In this document: in pieces, positions 34,195 through 45,739 of the stretch | Position numbering within the stretch: position 1 is the stretch's first letter | Layout: every line of letters begins with the position of its first letter | Assembly (NCBI GenBank): GCA_963751455.1 | Contig: CAVVUN010000009.1 | Span: forward strand, 224,001-288,000 | DNA from: Nitrospirota bacterium | GTDB taxonomy: Bacteria; Nitrospirota; UBA9217 | Length of the DNA: 64,000 nt | Reading direction: 5' to 3' | Position numbers and translations under genes: made by a program | The notes under the pieces: model-generated | The model's database searches: none | Told to the model about the DNA's origin: nothing | Seen by the model: the letters and a program-made list of their open reading frames with translations, nothing else

Positions 34195-35538
34195 TTAAAT
34201 CTGGTCTACATCCACGATCAACTTGATTTTCTGGCCGACCCGCACCGTTTTGCCGATGCCTTTGTTCCACTCCCGTATATCTGCAACAGTGACATTGTGT
34301 TTTTTTGCAATTTTAATAAGATTTTCACCGCGCCGTACACGGTAGAGAATCTGCTGATTTCTGACTGCCTGAGCGGGAGAGAGGCCATGGATGTCCTGCG
34401 GCCGGCCGCTGGTGCCGACAGGTATCAGCAGATGTTTACCGGTCGATATTTTTTTCCTGCCAAGCCCGTTGATATCCCGGATAGCTTCGGGAGTGGTATT
34501 ATACTGTTTAGCCAGTAGTGCCAGCGTCTCGCCCTTCTTCACTTCATGACGCTCCCATGTGATTTTCTGCTCGGGCGGTATGGCAGCGTAATTGGCGAGG
34601 AATTTATCTTTCCTGCCCGGGGGTATTCTGAGCACATAATGGCTGTATTGGGGAGGAGTTACCCACCGCCGGATTTCCGGATTCAATTCTTTGATCTCCT
34701 GATAAGTGCACTCGGCGCACCGCGAGATCAACCGAAGATCCGTGCTCTCCTCGACAACAACCTCGTCGTACTTGAACGGTTCGAATTTTGAAAGGGTAAA
34801 CCCATAGGCCTCCGGGTTCTTGGCAATGATCGTTGCGGCCATGTACTTGGGTACGTAATTTTTGGTCTCTTTGCGGATATAACGGGAAGCCTTCAGGTCC
34901 CAGAAATCTTCTGACCGGGTCCTCAGGACGGCACGCTGAACTTTGCCCGCTCCTGCGTTGTATGACGCGAGGGCCAGGGGCCATGAACCGAATAGATTGT
35001 GCAGATCTTTCAAGTGTTCAGCGGCAGCTTGGGTGGATTTGACAGGATCTTTCCGCTCATCGATCCACCAGTCGATCTTGAGCCCATACGACTTACCGGT
35101 TGCAGGCATGAACTGCCAGGGACCTACCGCATGCGCCCATGATACCGCGTAGGGATTAAACCCGCTTTCTATCATGGCGACGTAAACCAGGTCTTCGGGA
35201 AGGTTCTTGTCCCTGAAAATGTCCTTCATAAGCGGTATATACCGGGCGGAACGATCAAGCCACAATTGGAATATATTTCTGCCGCGCGTCTTAAAGTATT
35301 CGAGATGATTTTCGACGCTGTCATTCAGGATCATCGGAATCTGATACGGTTTTTCTTCGGCGGTTTCGTCGATGACTTCGTCCAGCTGCGCGATATCTTC
35401 AGAAGGGGGTTTTAATTGGCTGGGAACTTGTATTCCCGCCTGCTGAGGATCAACGGATTGAGCGAATGATCCGGGAAACGGAACCAGTAGTGTCATACAG
35501 GCGATTGCCAGTGCGACTAGAAAATTTCTCGATATCAT
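34195..35538 (-). CDS. mltD: Lytic transglycosylase with LysM domains (MltD-like)
   Basis: IESGF, GPWQFMPATG, ASYNAG, ETKNYV and two LysM repeats. Confidence 0.9.
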   Translation of the reverse strand: MISRNFLVALAIACMTLLVPFPGSFAQSVDPQQAGIQVPSQLKPPSEDIAQLDEVIDETAEEKPYQIPMILNDSVENHLEYFKTRGRNIFQLWLDRSARYIPLMKDIFRDKNLPEDLVYVAMIESGFNPYAVSWAHAVGPWQFMPATGKSYGLKIDWWIDERKDPVKSTQAAAEHLKDLHNLFGSWPLALASYNAGAGKVQRAVLRTRSEDFWDLKASRYIRKETKNYVPKYMAATIIAKNPEAYGFTLSKFEPFKYDEVVVEESTDLRLISRCAECTYQEIKELNPEIRRWVTPPQYSHYVLRIPPGRKDKFLANYAAIPPEQKITWERHEVKKGETLALLAKQYNTTPEAIRDINGLGRKKISTGKHLLIPVGTSGRPQDIHGLSPAQAVRNQQILYRVRRGENLIKIAKKHNVTVADIREWNKGIGKTVRVGQKIKLIVDVDQI

Positions 35539-35712
35539 TTATCCTCCAGCTTTAGTATAAAGTTACCGTATTCATGTTTCTTTGTCAAGGTCTAACGGCG
35601 CGAATCAATTGAGCTTTAGATGATGGACCAGCTGTAAAACGAATCGATAAAGTGGGGCCATTTTCTCTTATTTCTTGTAATTCGTTAGGGGCTTCTGTAT
35701 TATAAATTAGTT

Positions 35713-36468
35713 ATGAATGCCCGTATTCTTGAGATATTTTCTTCTATTCAGGGGGAAGGACCTTTCGTCGGCCAGAGGCACATTTTCGTCCGGTTTTCCG
35801 GTTGTGATATCCGGTGCAGATACTGCGATACGCCGGCAGCCTTAACGAGATATGATAACAGTCACGACTTTCCCGGCCGGATGCGCGCCCAAGCGTCGCC
35901 GGAATCTTTTACGTTTGAAGATCTGCCCGATATCGTCACTGCCGTTCAGTTGTCCGGATTTGTGAGCGCCTTGCCTGGAACGGCCCGGCCCGTCCTGTGC
36001 TCAGTATTACGGGAGGAGAGCCGCTGCTTCATAATGAGTTTCTTGCCGAATGGCTGCCGTTCGTGCGGAACCGTTTCACTATTTACCTCGAGACTAACGG
36101 AATTCACAATAAAGCCATGGAAAAACTCCGCGCGCTCATCGATATCGTGAGTCTTGACTTTAAACTGCCATCCGCCACCGGTCTGTCTGCCTTCTGGGAG
36201 GAGCACCGGAGATTCCTGGCAGCAGCAGGAAATGAAAATGTCTTTGTCAAAGCCGTAGTGACCTCCGATACCATTGCGGACGATATTGTAGAATCGGCGA
36301 ATATCATAGCTCAAATTCGATCGTTTTATTCCCCTGATTATCCAGCCGGCGGCCGGACGCTTTGCACCGGACACGTCGCTCCTGATCGATTTCCAGAACA
36401 GGGCTCTCTCGATTATCGGGGATGTGCGCGTCATTCCGCAGGTCCATACAATGCTTTCTTTACCCTAA
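35713..36468 (+). CDS. queE: 7-carboxy-7-deazaguanine synthase (frameshifted)
   Basis: [34 protein letters not shown]-terminal IPQVH. Confidence 0.88.
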
Positions 36469-36484
36469 CAAGGGGATACTACGG

Positions 36485-37922
36485 TTGAACCTTCCACTCC
36501 TTATTAAGATTGTCGAAGAACTCTCCTTGCTTCTCACGGATGCCCGGGTCCGGCAGGTGGCTGAAGGACCGAAAGGAACACTGTACCTCTTACTCATTCG
36601 AAGCCGGAAGCAGTTTATTCTTCTGCTCTCATCCGACCGGTCACTGCCCAGAATATATCTCGTTTCTCGAAAGACCGAACCATCCCGCTTTCCGGGACCC
36701 TTCACGCAGTATCTCAGAAGCCGTTTGAACGGCTCGGTTATACGGCATATCGTATTGCTGAACGAGGACCGTATCGTTGAAATTGCTTTTTCCGCCAGGG
36801 CCGGAGAATTCCGCCTTATTCTGGAGCTTACCGGTTCAACTGCAAATCTCGTGTTTACTGACGCTTTTTCGACAATTCTTGCGGTGTATTCATCAGGCGC
36901 ATGACGCGGTGTGCGCGGCCGGCAGCTTGTTCCCGGAATCCGATATGAATTCCCGCTCAAAAAAGGCGCGCAGTCGGCCACCATGTCGGGCGAAAAACGA
37001 AATTCATGCATGCAGCCCCAGCCTCAGGAAGAGGCTGAAGCAAACCGCGAAACTGCTCTCATATATGAACGTCTTCTCGAGCAGAAAGAGATCGAGGGTC
37101 TCCGGTCCCGGCTCCGTTCGCATCTCCGTAGATCACTCAAAAAGATCCGGCGACGGATAGAGGCTCTGACGGTGGACGGTCAGACCATGGAAAACGCGGA
37201 ACAATACAGGGCTGGCAGGCGACCTGATCCTTGCCAATCTCGATAGACTCCAAACCGGGATGGCGGAAGCTGAACTTACGGGTCACGATGGAACAAGATG
37301 CATTATTATTCTCGATCCGAAGCGCTCGGGTACGGGAAATGCCCAACTTTATTTTAAGAAATATAAGAAAGCGAAAGCCGGACGGAAAATCACAGCTTCC
37401 CGTCTGCTTCAAGCCGAGGCTGAGTGCAAGCAAATCCTGGATTTTCGGAAGAGCTTGATCAGGCTCAGGACAGGGAAACGCTGCATTCTCTCGGTTCTCG
37501 TATAAATAAGCGGGGACAACTGCATGCCGGCGTGAAGGATAAAAAGAAAGTCTCCATGCCAGGTGAAGCCTCGGTTCGGACGATCCAGTATTCCGGATGG
37601 GAAATACTTGTAGGGAAGAGCGCGGCGGGAAACGATTACCTGACCATGAAGCTGCGCTTGTGACAACGATCTGTGGCTCCATGCCGAGGGCACGCCCGGA
37701 TCTCACGTGCTCATTAGAAATCCCGAGCAAAGGGAAATACCTTCTCCGGTACTCGTAAAGGCCGCATCTCTGGCTGCTTTTTACAGCAGGGCATGCGCAG
37801 CCGGAAAGGTGCCTGTTGCATACACTCTGGCCCGACATGTTAAAAAGCCCAAAGGGGCCAAGCCGGGGCTGGTTACGCTGTCAGAAAGGAAAACAATAAT
37901 AGCCGTGCCCCAGGAGAATTGA
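36485..37922 (+). CDS. NFACT/Rqc2 (RqcH/FbpA-like) ribosome quality-control protein (several frameshifts)
   Basis: DRIVEI...LILELTG..ANL, NAQLYFKKYKKAK, VGKSAAGND, DLWLHA..PGSHV, KKPKGAKPG. Confidence 0.85.
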
Positions 37923-37964
37923 GAAAAATCGCTTGGGAAGATGCCACGGACGGGATACAATTTC

Positions 37965-37994
37965 TTGACAAATAAAAAATAGTAATCCTATAAT
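37965..37994 (+). promoter_or_regulatory. Consensus sigma70 promoter
   Basis: TTGACA-N18-TATAAT upstream of the cNMP-binding gene. Confidence 0.75.
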
Positions 37995-38041
37995 TCGAAA
38001 GTGCCGTCTTAAAATCGAAATCGAAGTAGATCATTCCGGGA

Positions 38042-38495
38042 ATGGATAACGTTGAATTTTTGAAAAAAACAGTGCTGTTCAAGGGCAGCAGCAAGGAAGA
38101 AATCGAACTTGCTGCCGGCTTGTTCCAGGAGCGCGTGATCAAGCCGAACATGACCATCTTTACGGAGAAGATGCCTTCGGAGGCGCTCTATATCGTGAAG
38201 AGCGGAAGCGTGCGGATCAGTATCATGGCCAGGGAAGGCGAGGAAAAATCGCTGCATTTTATACGGTCCGGGAGAGTTTTTTGGTGAACTCGCGCTGCTT
38301 CAGGAAGAAAGCAGGCTGGTCACTGCGCGTACTGAAACGTCCGCTGAATTGCTTCTTTTACGCGGAAGGATTTCCTGGCACTCATGGAATTGGACCCCCG
38401 GCACTGCGTCGAGAATGCTCATGGTGATTGCAAAACTGCTCGCTATGCGGACCAAGGCTTACAGTTCCCGGCTCAGAGAGATGCTGCTTTCATGA
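38042..38495 (+). CDS. Cyclic-nucleotide-binding domain protein (frameshifted)
   Basis: LYIVKSGSVRI followed by FFGELAL in a shifted frame; ATGA overlap with ppx. Confidence 0.75.
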
Positions 38496-39446
38496 TCCTT
38501 GCCGGCATCGATGTCGGGACGAATACTCTCCGTCTCCTTATTGCCGATATCGAACATGATTCCTTCCGTGAAATACATTCAGACAGAAAGATCACAAGGC
38601 TGGGGCAGCGCCTTGATACGCTGGGATATTTGTCCTCGGAATCGCAGCAGCGCTCCATTACCTGCCTTGCTGCGTTCAGCAGAACGATTGGGAAGTATGC
38701 TGTAAGCGGAGTTGCGGCCGTGGGAACGAGCGCACTGAGAAAGGCGTCAAACGCCGCGGAATTCATCAAGATGTAAAAAACAAGACCGGCATCGACATAC
38801 GCATTATCGAAGGTACCGAAGAGGCGGCCCTCACGCTTTTAGGCGTTATCTGCGGACTGCAAGGCAGTAAGGGCGGACGGGAGACCGAATTTTCCCCTGC
38901 AATGGTCCTTGATATAGGCGGAGGCAGCACGGAAATAAGCCTGATTCGGCCGGCAACGGGCACCAAGGCTTTCAGTCTGCCGCTCGGGGCCGTGTATCTC
39001 ACCGAGCGGTTCATAAAAAACGATCCTCCATCAGACACGGACCTGGAGCGGCTGAGGCAGGCGATCAGAAGCGAGATTGAAAAACTGAGTTTGTTCCACC
39101 CGGGACGGCGCAGCTCCTGGGCACAGCGGGAACCATTACGACTCTCGTGGCAATGGATTTGAAGCTTGCCGAGTATAAACCCGAGCTTGTAAATGGAGCC
39201 AAACTCACGCGAGAGTCAGTCGACGAAATCGTGAAAAAACTTCGTACGGCTACGATTGCACAACGGCGGCAAATTCCAGGCCTCGAGGCGGGACGGGAAG
39301 ACATTATTCTGGCCGGCGCAGTGGTGGTTCAGGAGATCATGGATCGTTTCTCATTCCGGAAGATGGTCGTGAGCGACTGGGGGCTGAGAGAAGGGATCGT
39401 GATAGATCTCTATCAGAAACTGACGCGCCGGGAAAGTCCGGGATAG
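38492..39446 (+). CDS. ppx: Ppx/GppA phosphatase (frameshifted)
   Basis: GIDVGTNTLRL, GTSALR, DIGGGSTE, GREDII, WGLREG. Confidence 0.88.
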
Positions 39447-39491
39447 AGGTATTCACGTGCATTAATTTCCTGAAAAAGGAATTATCCGAAA

Positions 39492-39866
39492 ATGCTGAAA
39501 GAACTGACTTCACCGAAAAATGACGGAAAAAGTCCGAGAAGATGGTTCTCGGACGATTATTTCGATCTTATACTCTGGCTGCGACAAGACGGATCTCTTT
39601 CCGGGTTTCAGTTATGCTACGATAAAAAAAAGCAAGAACGGGCCCTGACCTGGTCAGGAGAGAGTGGGTTCAGGCATGAAGCCGTTGATCAGGGAGAAAC
39701 AAATCCGGCAAAAAACCGGAGCCCGATTCTGGTGCCTGACGGGCTTTGTCCGATCTCGGAGATTACATCGCTCTTTCTCGCAAGGAGCAGCGAACTGGAG
39801 CCCTCAATCAGGTCGTTTATCGAAACCAGGTTGCGTGAATATGAAATGATAACGCAGTCTGCTTAG
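39492..39866 (+). CDS. Conserved hypothetical protein
   Basis: AAGGA RBS; RRWFSDDYFDLILW...GFQLCYDK. Confidence 0.7.
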   Translation: MLKELTSPKNDGKSPRRWFSDDYFDLILWLRQDGSLSGFQLCYDKKKQERALTWSGESGFRHEAVDQGETNPAKNRSPILVPDGLCPISEITSLFLARSSELEPSIRSFIETRLREYEMITQSA

Positions 39867-40106
39867 TGCGTGGAGCATTCTGGGTTCAGAGACAGGAGCC
39901 TGCCGCCTGAGCTGACGAGGCGTTTTGCCGAAAAGCTCGGTGTCAATCCGGTGAGATAGACGCAGGTCATAATAGGATGGTAGTGCGTGCTACGGATGTG
40001 GCGGAGGTGCTTAGGAAACATCGTGACGGGAGAACTGGTCTAATCGGATAGAAGCCTCAGCGAACGAATATAGTGATACAGTTTATTTATTGTGACTCTG
40101 ATCCTG

Positions 40107-40424
40107 CTACTTATGACATCGGCTGCAGTTTTTATTGTCCTGCACATCAAATGATTTTTGTCCGTTATGGCATTTTCCGCAGAAATCGCCTTTGTTGATC
40201 TTGGACATATCCATTTTATAAGAACCCTGCTGCATTTGAAAAATAGCATAGTGGCAGCCGGTGCACTTGAGGCCTTTTTCGCTGACATGTTTCTCATGGC
40301 TGAAGACAACCGGGCTTACATTCTTGGGTCTGAAGGTGATGTCGCCACCGCCGACCTTTTCTGCTGCTATCCCGGCAGAAGCAAAAAGACAGAATGAAAC
40401 CATGAATACGATTAACAGTCTCAT
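40107..40424 (-). CDS. Periplasmic triheme cytochrome c7-type protein
   Basis: Signal peptide; FSHEKH; CTGCH, CGKCH, CSRCH. Confidence 0.92.
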   Translation of the reverse strand: MRLLIVFMVSFCLFASAGIAAEKVGGGDITFRPKNVSPVVFSHEKHVSEKGLKCTGCHYAIFQMQQGSYKMDMSKINKGDFCGKCHNGQKSFDVQDNKNCSRCHK

Positions 40425-40590
40425 AAATCCCCCCCCAAAAAAAATGTAACGATAACGAAGCTATTATAGCAATTCCCGCGCTAGGGTCAAGCACTTTCTT
40501 GCACTGAAGAGCTTTCTTGCCGGTTATTATGCGAATCTGGTATACTCTAGATAAAGAATTCAAATGCTTGCGAGGGGAGCGGCGCCTGCG

Positions 40591-41369
40591 ATGACAAGAG
40601 ACTCTATAGATATCATGAAAAGCGAGTTGGCGAACATAAAAAATCCCGTTCGTTTAATATTGTTCACGACCGATATCGCTTGTGAAACATGCCCCGATAT
40701 GCTGAAGAAGGTCAGGCGATCAAGGCCGCTGTCTCCGAAAATCGCGCTCGAGGTGTACGACCAGGTTATGGACCGCGATAAGTCGGAACAGTACAGGAGT
40801 ACGAAATGTCCCGGCTGTTGTGGTACAGGGCGGCAGCGGACGTTCCGTTACGTTTTACGGCCTATGTTGATGATGTTTTTTTCGAGATATTGCTTGATAC
40901 TATTCTTGCCGTATCCGGCGGCAGGGACTGGTTTGCCGGCAATATCCGAAAGACCCTCGCTCATCTCGAACGCGAGGTGAACATCCAGGTTTTTGTAGAA
41001 AGCGACTGCCCTCAGTGCAGGCCTGTGGCCGAAACGGCGATAGGACTGGCATTGGAAAGCGATCTCATCTCCTCAAATATTATCGTTGCAAGCACATTTC
41101 CGGCTCTTATCAAGAAGTATTCAATAAAAACGCTTCCCAAAACGATTTTCGGCGCGAACCTGCATATGGACGGCCACGTAACGGAAAGCGAATTTCTTGA
41201 AATGATCTTTCAGGCAGAGGGGGTTCAAGCCGGGCCTGACAGGCGCTGCCTCTCCTGCGGAAATCCTTCCGGTGACCTGATCTGCGGGTCCTGCAAAGCA
41301 AGGATCCAGGCTGAGGCCGTTGACCATAAACGCAAAGGGGAGAAATTGAGACAAACAGGTTCTTCCTGA
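40591..41369 (+). CDS. Protein disulfide oxidoreductase (two thioredoxin folds) with a C-terminal zinc-ribbon-like tail (one frameshift)
   Basis: CETC and CPQC motifs; tail CLSC..CGSC. Confidence 0.75.
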
Positions 41370-41493
41370 GCTTATTCTTCTGCCTTACTTCCCGAAGGGA
41401 CTGCGGCTTGCAATCAGTATTCCAGGGTGTATAAAGCGCGCAAGGCACGTTCCGCCGTTATGATCCAAGACTAAGAGCAATCGAGGTCTGATC

Positions 41494-42505
41494 GTGAAAC
41501 AGGCGATGTTCCAGGAAATGAAGGACGCTCGCAAGGTGGAGTGCAGTCTGTGCAGCCACCGTTGCCTTATTCCGGATGGGAAGCGCGGCATTTGCGCGGT
41601 CCGTGAAAATAAGGCTGGCACTCTGTACACCCTTGTATACGACAAGGTCATCGCGCAAAATGTAGATCCTGTTGAAAAAAAGCCGCTGTTTCATTTCCTG
41701 CCAGGCAGCCGGTCCTATTCCATCGCCGCTCCCGGATGCAATTTTCGCTGTTTACATTGTCAGAATGCGGATATTTCCCAGCTTCCGCGCGACCGCGGCG
41801 GCACTGTCACGGGAGAGGATGTCCCGCCCGAAAAGATCGTACAATCCGCCAAAAACACCGGTTGCGGCAGCATCTCCTATACCTATACGGAACCGACCAT
41901 ATACTTCGAACTCGCTTATGATACTGCGCGCCTTGCAGCCGAGGCAGGCATCAAGAATGTATTCGTCACAAACGGATATATCACACCGGAAGCCCTTGAA
42001 ACGATACAGGCCGTATCTGCATGCAGCGAATATAGACCTGAAGGGATTTTCCAACGATTTTTACAGGAAAGTGTGCGGCGCCCGGCTTCAACCGGTGCTT
42101 GACGCGATCAGGCTTTATAAAAAAATGGGCATCTGGATTGAGATAACGACGCTGGTTATCCCGGGTCATAACGATTCAGAACAAGAGCTCCGGGACATAG
42201 CGGAATTTATAAGGTCTGTCGGTGAAGAAATACCATGGCATGTTTCCCGGTTCCATCCGACGTATAAATTGCCGGACCAGCCGGTGACGCCGATCGAAAC
42301 GCTCACGATGGCGAGGCGGATCGGACTCGAAGCGGGCCTGCGGTACGTCTATGAAGGCAATGTGCCGGGAGAGGGCGAAGATACCAACTGTCCGGTGTGC
42401 AAGAAAGGCTTGATTAAAAGGATAGGCTACCGCATCAGGGAAAACAACGTGAAGGATGGTAAATGCGTATTCTGCGGCGCGGCCATTGACGGCGTGTGGG
42501 AGTGA
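41494..42505 (+). CDS. amrS: AmmeMemoRadiSam system radical SAM enzyme (one frameshift)
   Basis: CSLCSHRC, DPVEKKPLFHF, GCNFRCLHCQN, YTYTEPT, PWHVSRFHP, YVYEGN. Confidence 0.88.
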
Positions 42506-42644
42506 AGCTAATGCGGTGGAAAGTGAGAACGCTTACCATGCATGAATGACGAGGCGCGTATCGTGAAGCGGAAAGGTTGGCGTCAAAGCGAATAACATGA
42601 TCGCTAGACAAAACGGGCGTCGCACCCGTAGCCTTTTAAAACCT

Positions 42645-43064
42645 ATGGTAATAGTCAACTACGAAACATTCGAACATGAAGCCGACATCGGCGTTCGAGG
42701 CTTCGGCAGGACGATTGAGGAAGCGTTCGAGAACGCTGCAGTTGCGCTCTATTCAATCATCGTAAATATCAATAAAATTCAACCATCAGAAAAAAAGATC
42801 GTAACAGTAACCGCTCCTGACCTCGACCTTTTGCTCGTAGAATGGCTGAATGCGCTACTGTCATTGTCGGATATCGAGCGGATTGTTTTCTCGAAATTCT
42901 CGGTAAAAATAGAAAATCAGTCGCTCGAAGGCACGGCGTGGGGAGAGCCGCTTGACCGGCAGCGCCACGAACCCCACGTGGAGGTAAAGGGAGCCACTTA
43001 CCACATGCTCAGCGTTACGCAGAAAAACGGCGGATATTCGGCGCAGTGCGTGGTAGATGTATAG
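42645..43064 (+). CDS. Archease
   Basis: YETFEHEADIG...EVKGATYH...CVVDV. Confidence 0.93.
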   Translation: MVIVNYETFEHEADIGVRGFGRTIEEAFENAAVALYSIIVNINKIQPSEKKIVTVTAPDLDLLLVEWLNALLSLSDIERIVFSKFSVKIENQSLEGTAWGEPLDRQRHEPHVEVKGATYHMLSVTQKNGGYSAQCVVDV

Positions 43065-43190
43065 GAATTGCGGAATCTGAATGCGGAATGTAGAATGTAG
43101 AATAAGGAATGCATCCCTAGTCACAGACCGAGTCTAGAGGTCAGATGTAGTAATGGTAGGTGCAGGCTTCAGCCTGCGTCCAAGAATAAA

Positions 43191-44621
43191 ATGGACATCA
43201 AAACATTAATTAAAATCTCGGATTATGTTTGGGAAATTCCCCGGCAAGGCGGCATGCTCGTACCGGGCAGGATCTTCGGGAGCGAACAGCTCGTTAAGGA
43301 AATGGATGAAAAGGTCCGCGAGCAGGTGACGAACGTTGCGATGCTTCCGGGGATACAGCTTTTCTCTCTTGCAATGCCGGATGCTCATTGGGGCTACGGG
43401 TTTCCTATCGGCGGCGTTGCCGCATTCGACCCGGATCAGGGGGGCATAATTTCCATGGGCGGAGTGGGGTTCGACATTTCCTGCGGCGTCCGGACCATGA
43501 AAACCGGGATGATTCGTGACGAAGTCATGTCGCGGCTCAAGACGCTAGCCGATCAATTCTATAACCGCGTGCCTGCAGGTGTCGGATCAGAAGGTTTGAT
43601 AAAACTTTCGCTGGAGCAGACTGATGATATGCTTGTCGGCGGAGCCGAGTGGGCAATAAAAAGGGGTTACGGTATACAGGACGATCTTCAGTACATCGAA
43701 GAAGGGGGCAGGGTGGATGGCGCGGATCCCGCACAGGTTTCGGAAACAGCCAAGAAGCGGCAGTATCGGGAGATGGGAACACTCGGATCAGGAAATCATT
43801 ACCTCGAGGTCCAGGTGGTTGCTGAAATCTACGATGAAAACGCGGCCTGGGCAATGGGAATCAATATGGAGGATGTGGTCATCTCGGTCCATTGCGGGTC
43901 CCGGGGTCTCGGACATCAGATAGGAACGGACGCTTTAAAGAACCTCGCCTATGCCGCGCAGAAATACAATATCAACATCAAAGATCGCGAACTTGCCTCC
44001 GCGCCCATTAATTCGCCTGAAGGTAAACGATATTTCGGCGCAATGTCTGCAGGAATCAATTGCGCTCTCGCAAACAGGCAGATCATCACGCACCTGGTTC
44101 GGGAGATATTTACGGAAGTGTATCCCGAGGGGCATATCAAGATGCTGTACGATATCAGCCATAATACCTGCAAAGTTGAGACGCACCTGGTCGAAGGAAA
44201 AAAGAAAAAGCTTTATGTCCACCGCAAAGGCGCTACACGCGCGTTCGGACCGGGTCAGATCGATCTCCCCCTGGAGTATCAACATGTCGGGCAGCCGGTA
44301 TTGATCGGCGGCACGATGGGGACGTCTTCATACATTTTAATCGGGACGGAAGAAGGAATGAAGCAGTCGTTCGGTTCCGCATGTCACGGGGCCGGGAGGT
44401 CCATGTCGAGGACCCAGGCCAAGAAAAAATGGCACGGCAGAGAGGTAGTAAAAGAGCTGGAAGAGCGGGGCATCCTCGTAAGGGGGCATTCCTATTCAGG
44501 GATAGCAGAGGAAGCGCCTGGTTCGTATAAGGATGTAATCGAAGTAGTTGAGTCGACACATAACGCCAACCTTGCCAGAAAAGTGGCGAGGGTAAAGCCG
44601 ATTGCCTGCATCAAGGGTTAA
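43191..44621 (+). CDS. rtcB: RtcB RNA ligase (archaeal/eukaryotic-like type)
   Basis: MPDAHWGYGFPIGG, DISCG, GSGNHYLE, HCGSRG, HRKGATR, SACHGAGR, EEAPGSYK. Confidence 0.97.
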   Translation: MDIKTLIKISDYVWEIPRQGGMLVPGRIFGSEQLVKEMDEKVREQVTNVAMLPGIQLFSLAMPDAHWGYGFPIGGVAAFDPDQGGIISMGGVGFDISCGVRTMKTGMIRDEVMSRLKTLADQFYNRVPAGVGSEGLIKLSLEQTDDMLVGGAEWAIKRGYGIQDDLQYIEEGGRVDGADPAQVSETAKKRQYREMGTLGSGNHYLEVQVVAEIYDENAAWAMGINMEDVVISVHCGSRGLGHQIGTDALKNLAYAAQKYNINIKDRELASAPINSPEGKRYFGAMSAGINCALANRQIITHLVREIFTEVYPEGHIKMLYDISHNTCKVETHLVEGKKKKLYVHRKGATRAFGPGQIDLPLEYQHVGQPVLIGGTMGTSSYILIGTEEGMKQSFGSACHGAGRSMSRTQAKKKWHGREVVKELEERGILVRGHSYSGIAEEAPGSYKDVIEVVESTHNANLARKVARVKPIACIKG

Positions 44622-44655
44622 ACTCGAGTAGTTGCCCGTATTGCTGCTGATTCGC

Positions 44656-44871
44656 TCACGTTGAACGTGGCTTTGAGTGATATACCCTTTTCATGTAACG
44701 ATCACCCCGCCTGAGTTCATCGAGGATATGTGTCAGTCGCTTCAGTTGTGTGGCTTCAAGCTTTGCGCGAGTAATCCGGCCTATATAATCGTTCTGCTGG
44801 TATGGCGGTCGGCTTCGATACGCTTCCAAAAGCCCGTTTTCAGCAAGCGCTTTCCGAACGAAGGAAGGCAT
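44656..44871 (-). CDS. YdeI/OmpD-associated (LAAC) small protein; true start may be 44909
   Basis: RPPYQQNDYIG.ITRAKLEAT..KRL. Confidence 0.7.
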   Translation of the reverse strand: MPSFVRKALAENGLLEAYRSRPPYQQNDYIGRITRAKLEATQLKRLTHILDELRRGDRYMKRVYHSKPRST

Positions 44872-44928
44872 TTTGTGAACAGGGCGCTTTAGCCGCAGTG
44901 TTTGCTCATCTTCATAAGAGAGTCTGTA

Positions 44929-45477
44929 TTATCGCCGCTCTCTCGGATGTTTTTTCTTGTAATCGAGCGGTCTTTCCTTCAAACCGTCAGGTCCCCATAT
45001 GCCCAGCTTTTTCTCTCGAGCAAAACGCTGTGCTTTCCTGAATCGGTCAACATATTTGCTGTTCGGCTGCATCGTGAATAAAACGGCATACCCGTCAAGA
45101 AGCATCTGTTCATTGATCAGCGTTTTGCCGGACCAAAGGTAAACGAGCAGACGATTATACTTGTCACGCTGTTCGAAGTCGGTTTCGATTGATACCTGCC
45201 AGTGTAGTTCTTTTAAAATATTTCTTAAATGCTCATGAGCCTTGGGACCCCAGGGTTCCTGGCCTGATTCAGGAGCATCGAGGCCGATCAGGCGGGTCCG
45301 GACTTCGTTGCCGTTCATTCTGACAGTCACAGTATCGCCGTCATTGACAGCAATCACGCGTGCAACACGAAGCTCAGGAGTCGTATCCGCTTGAGCCGGC
45401 CGGCAGAAACAGGCAGATACAATAACGATAAAAATGAGGAGATGTTTATAAAATCTCCTGCTGTGGCTTGCGATCAT
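44929..45477 (-). CDS. Thermonuclease (SNase) family protein
   Basis: VNDGDT, RLIGLDAPE, DKYNRLL, KLGIW. Confidence 0.92.
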   Translation of the reverse strand: MIASHSRRFYKHLLIFIVIVSACFCRPAQADTTPELRVARVIAVNDGDTVTVRMNGNEVRTRLIGLDAPESGQEPWGPKAHEHLRNILKELHWQVSIETDFEQRDKYNRLLVYLWSGKTLINEQMLLDGYAVLFTMQPNSKYVDRFRKAQRFAREKKLGIWGPDGLKERPLDYKKKHPRERR

Positions 45478-45686
45478 TATGTTTTGTGGTCCCTCATGTA
45501 ACTAAGGAGTCAAAATCTTCTCAAAACGGGAAGAATATTTACCGCGAAGACGCGAGGGACGCAAGGAAACCATGCAACATCTTTTCAGGTTTTAAAACCC
45601 TGCTGTTGGCTTTGCTTTCCTCGCGACCATTGCGCCTTTGCGGTTCAAGGTTTTACTTCCGGCTTGTCCGGGTTAGGATACGCAAT

Positions 45687-45716
45687 TAAAAGGGCGGGCT
45701 TTGTAAAGCCCGCCCT
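45687..45716 (-). terminator. Rho-independent terminator of the carbonic anhydrase gene
   Basis: AGGGCGGGCTTT-GT-AAAGCCCGCCCT with a T-run on the minus strand. Confidence 0.75.
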
Positions 45717-45739
45717 GTATAAGGAACAAATATCAGGTA

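Noticed and set aside
39428-39445. GGAAAGTCCGGG resembling the RNase P RNA 5' motif
   Set aside because: It lies in the last codons of ppx, and the other conserved RNase P elements are not seen downstream.
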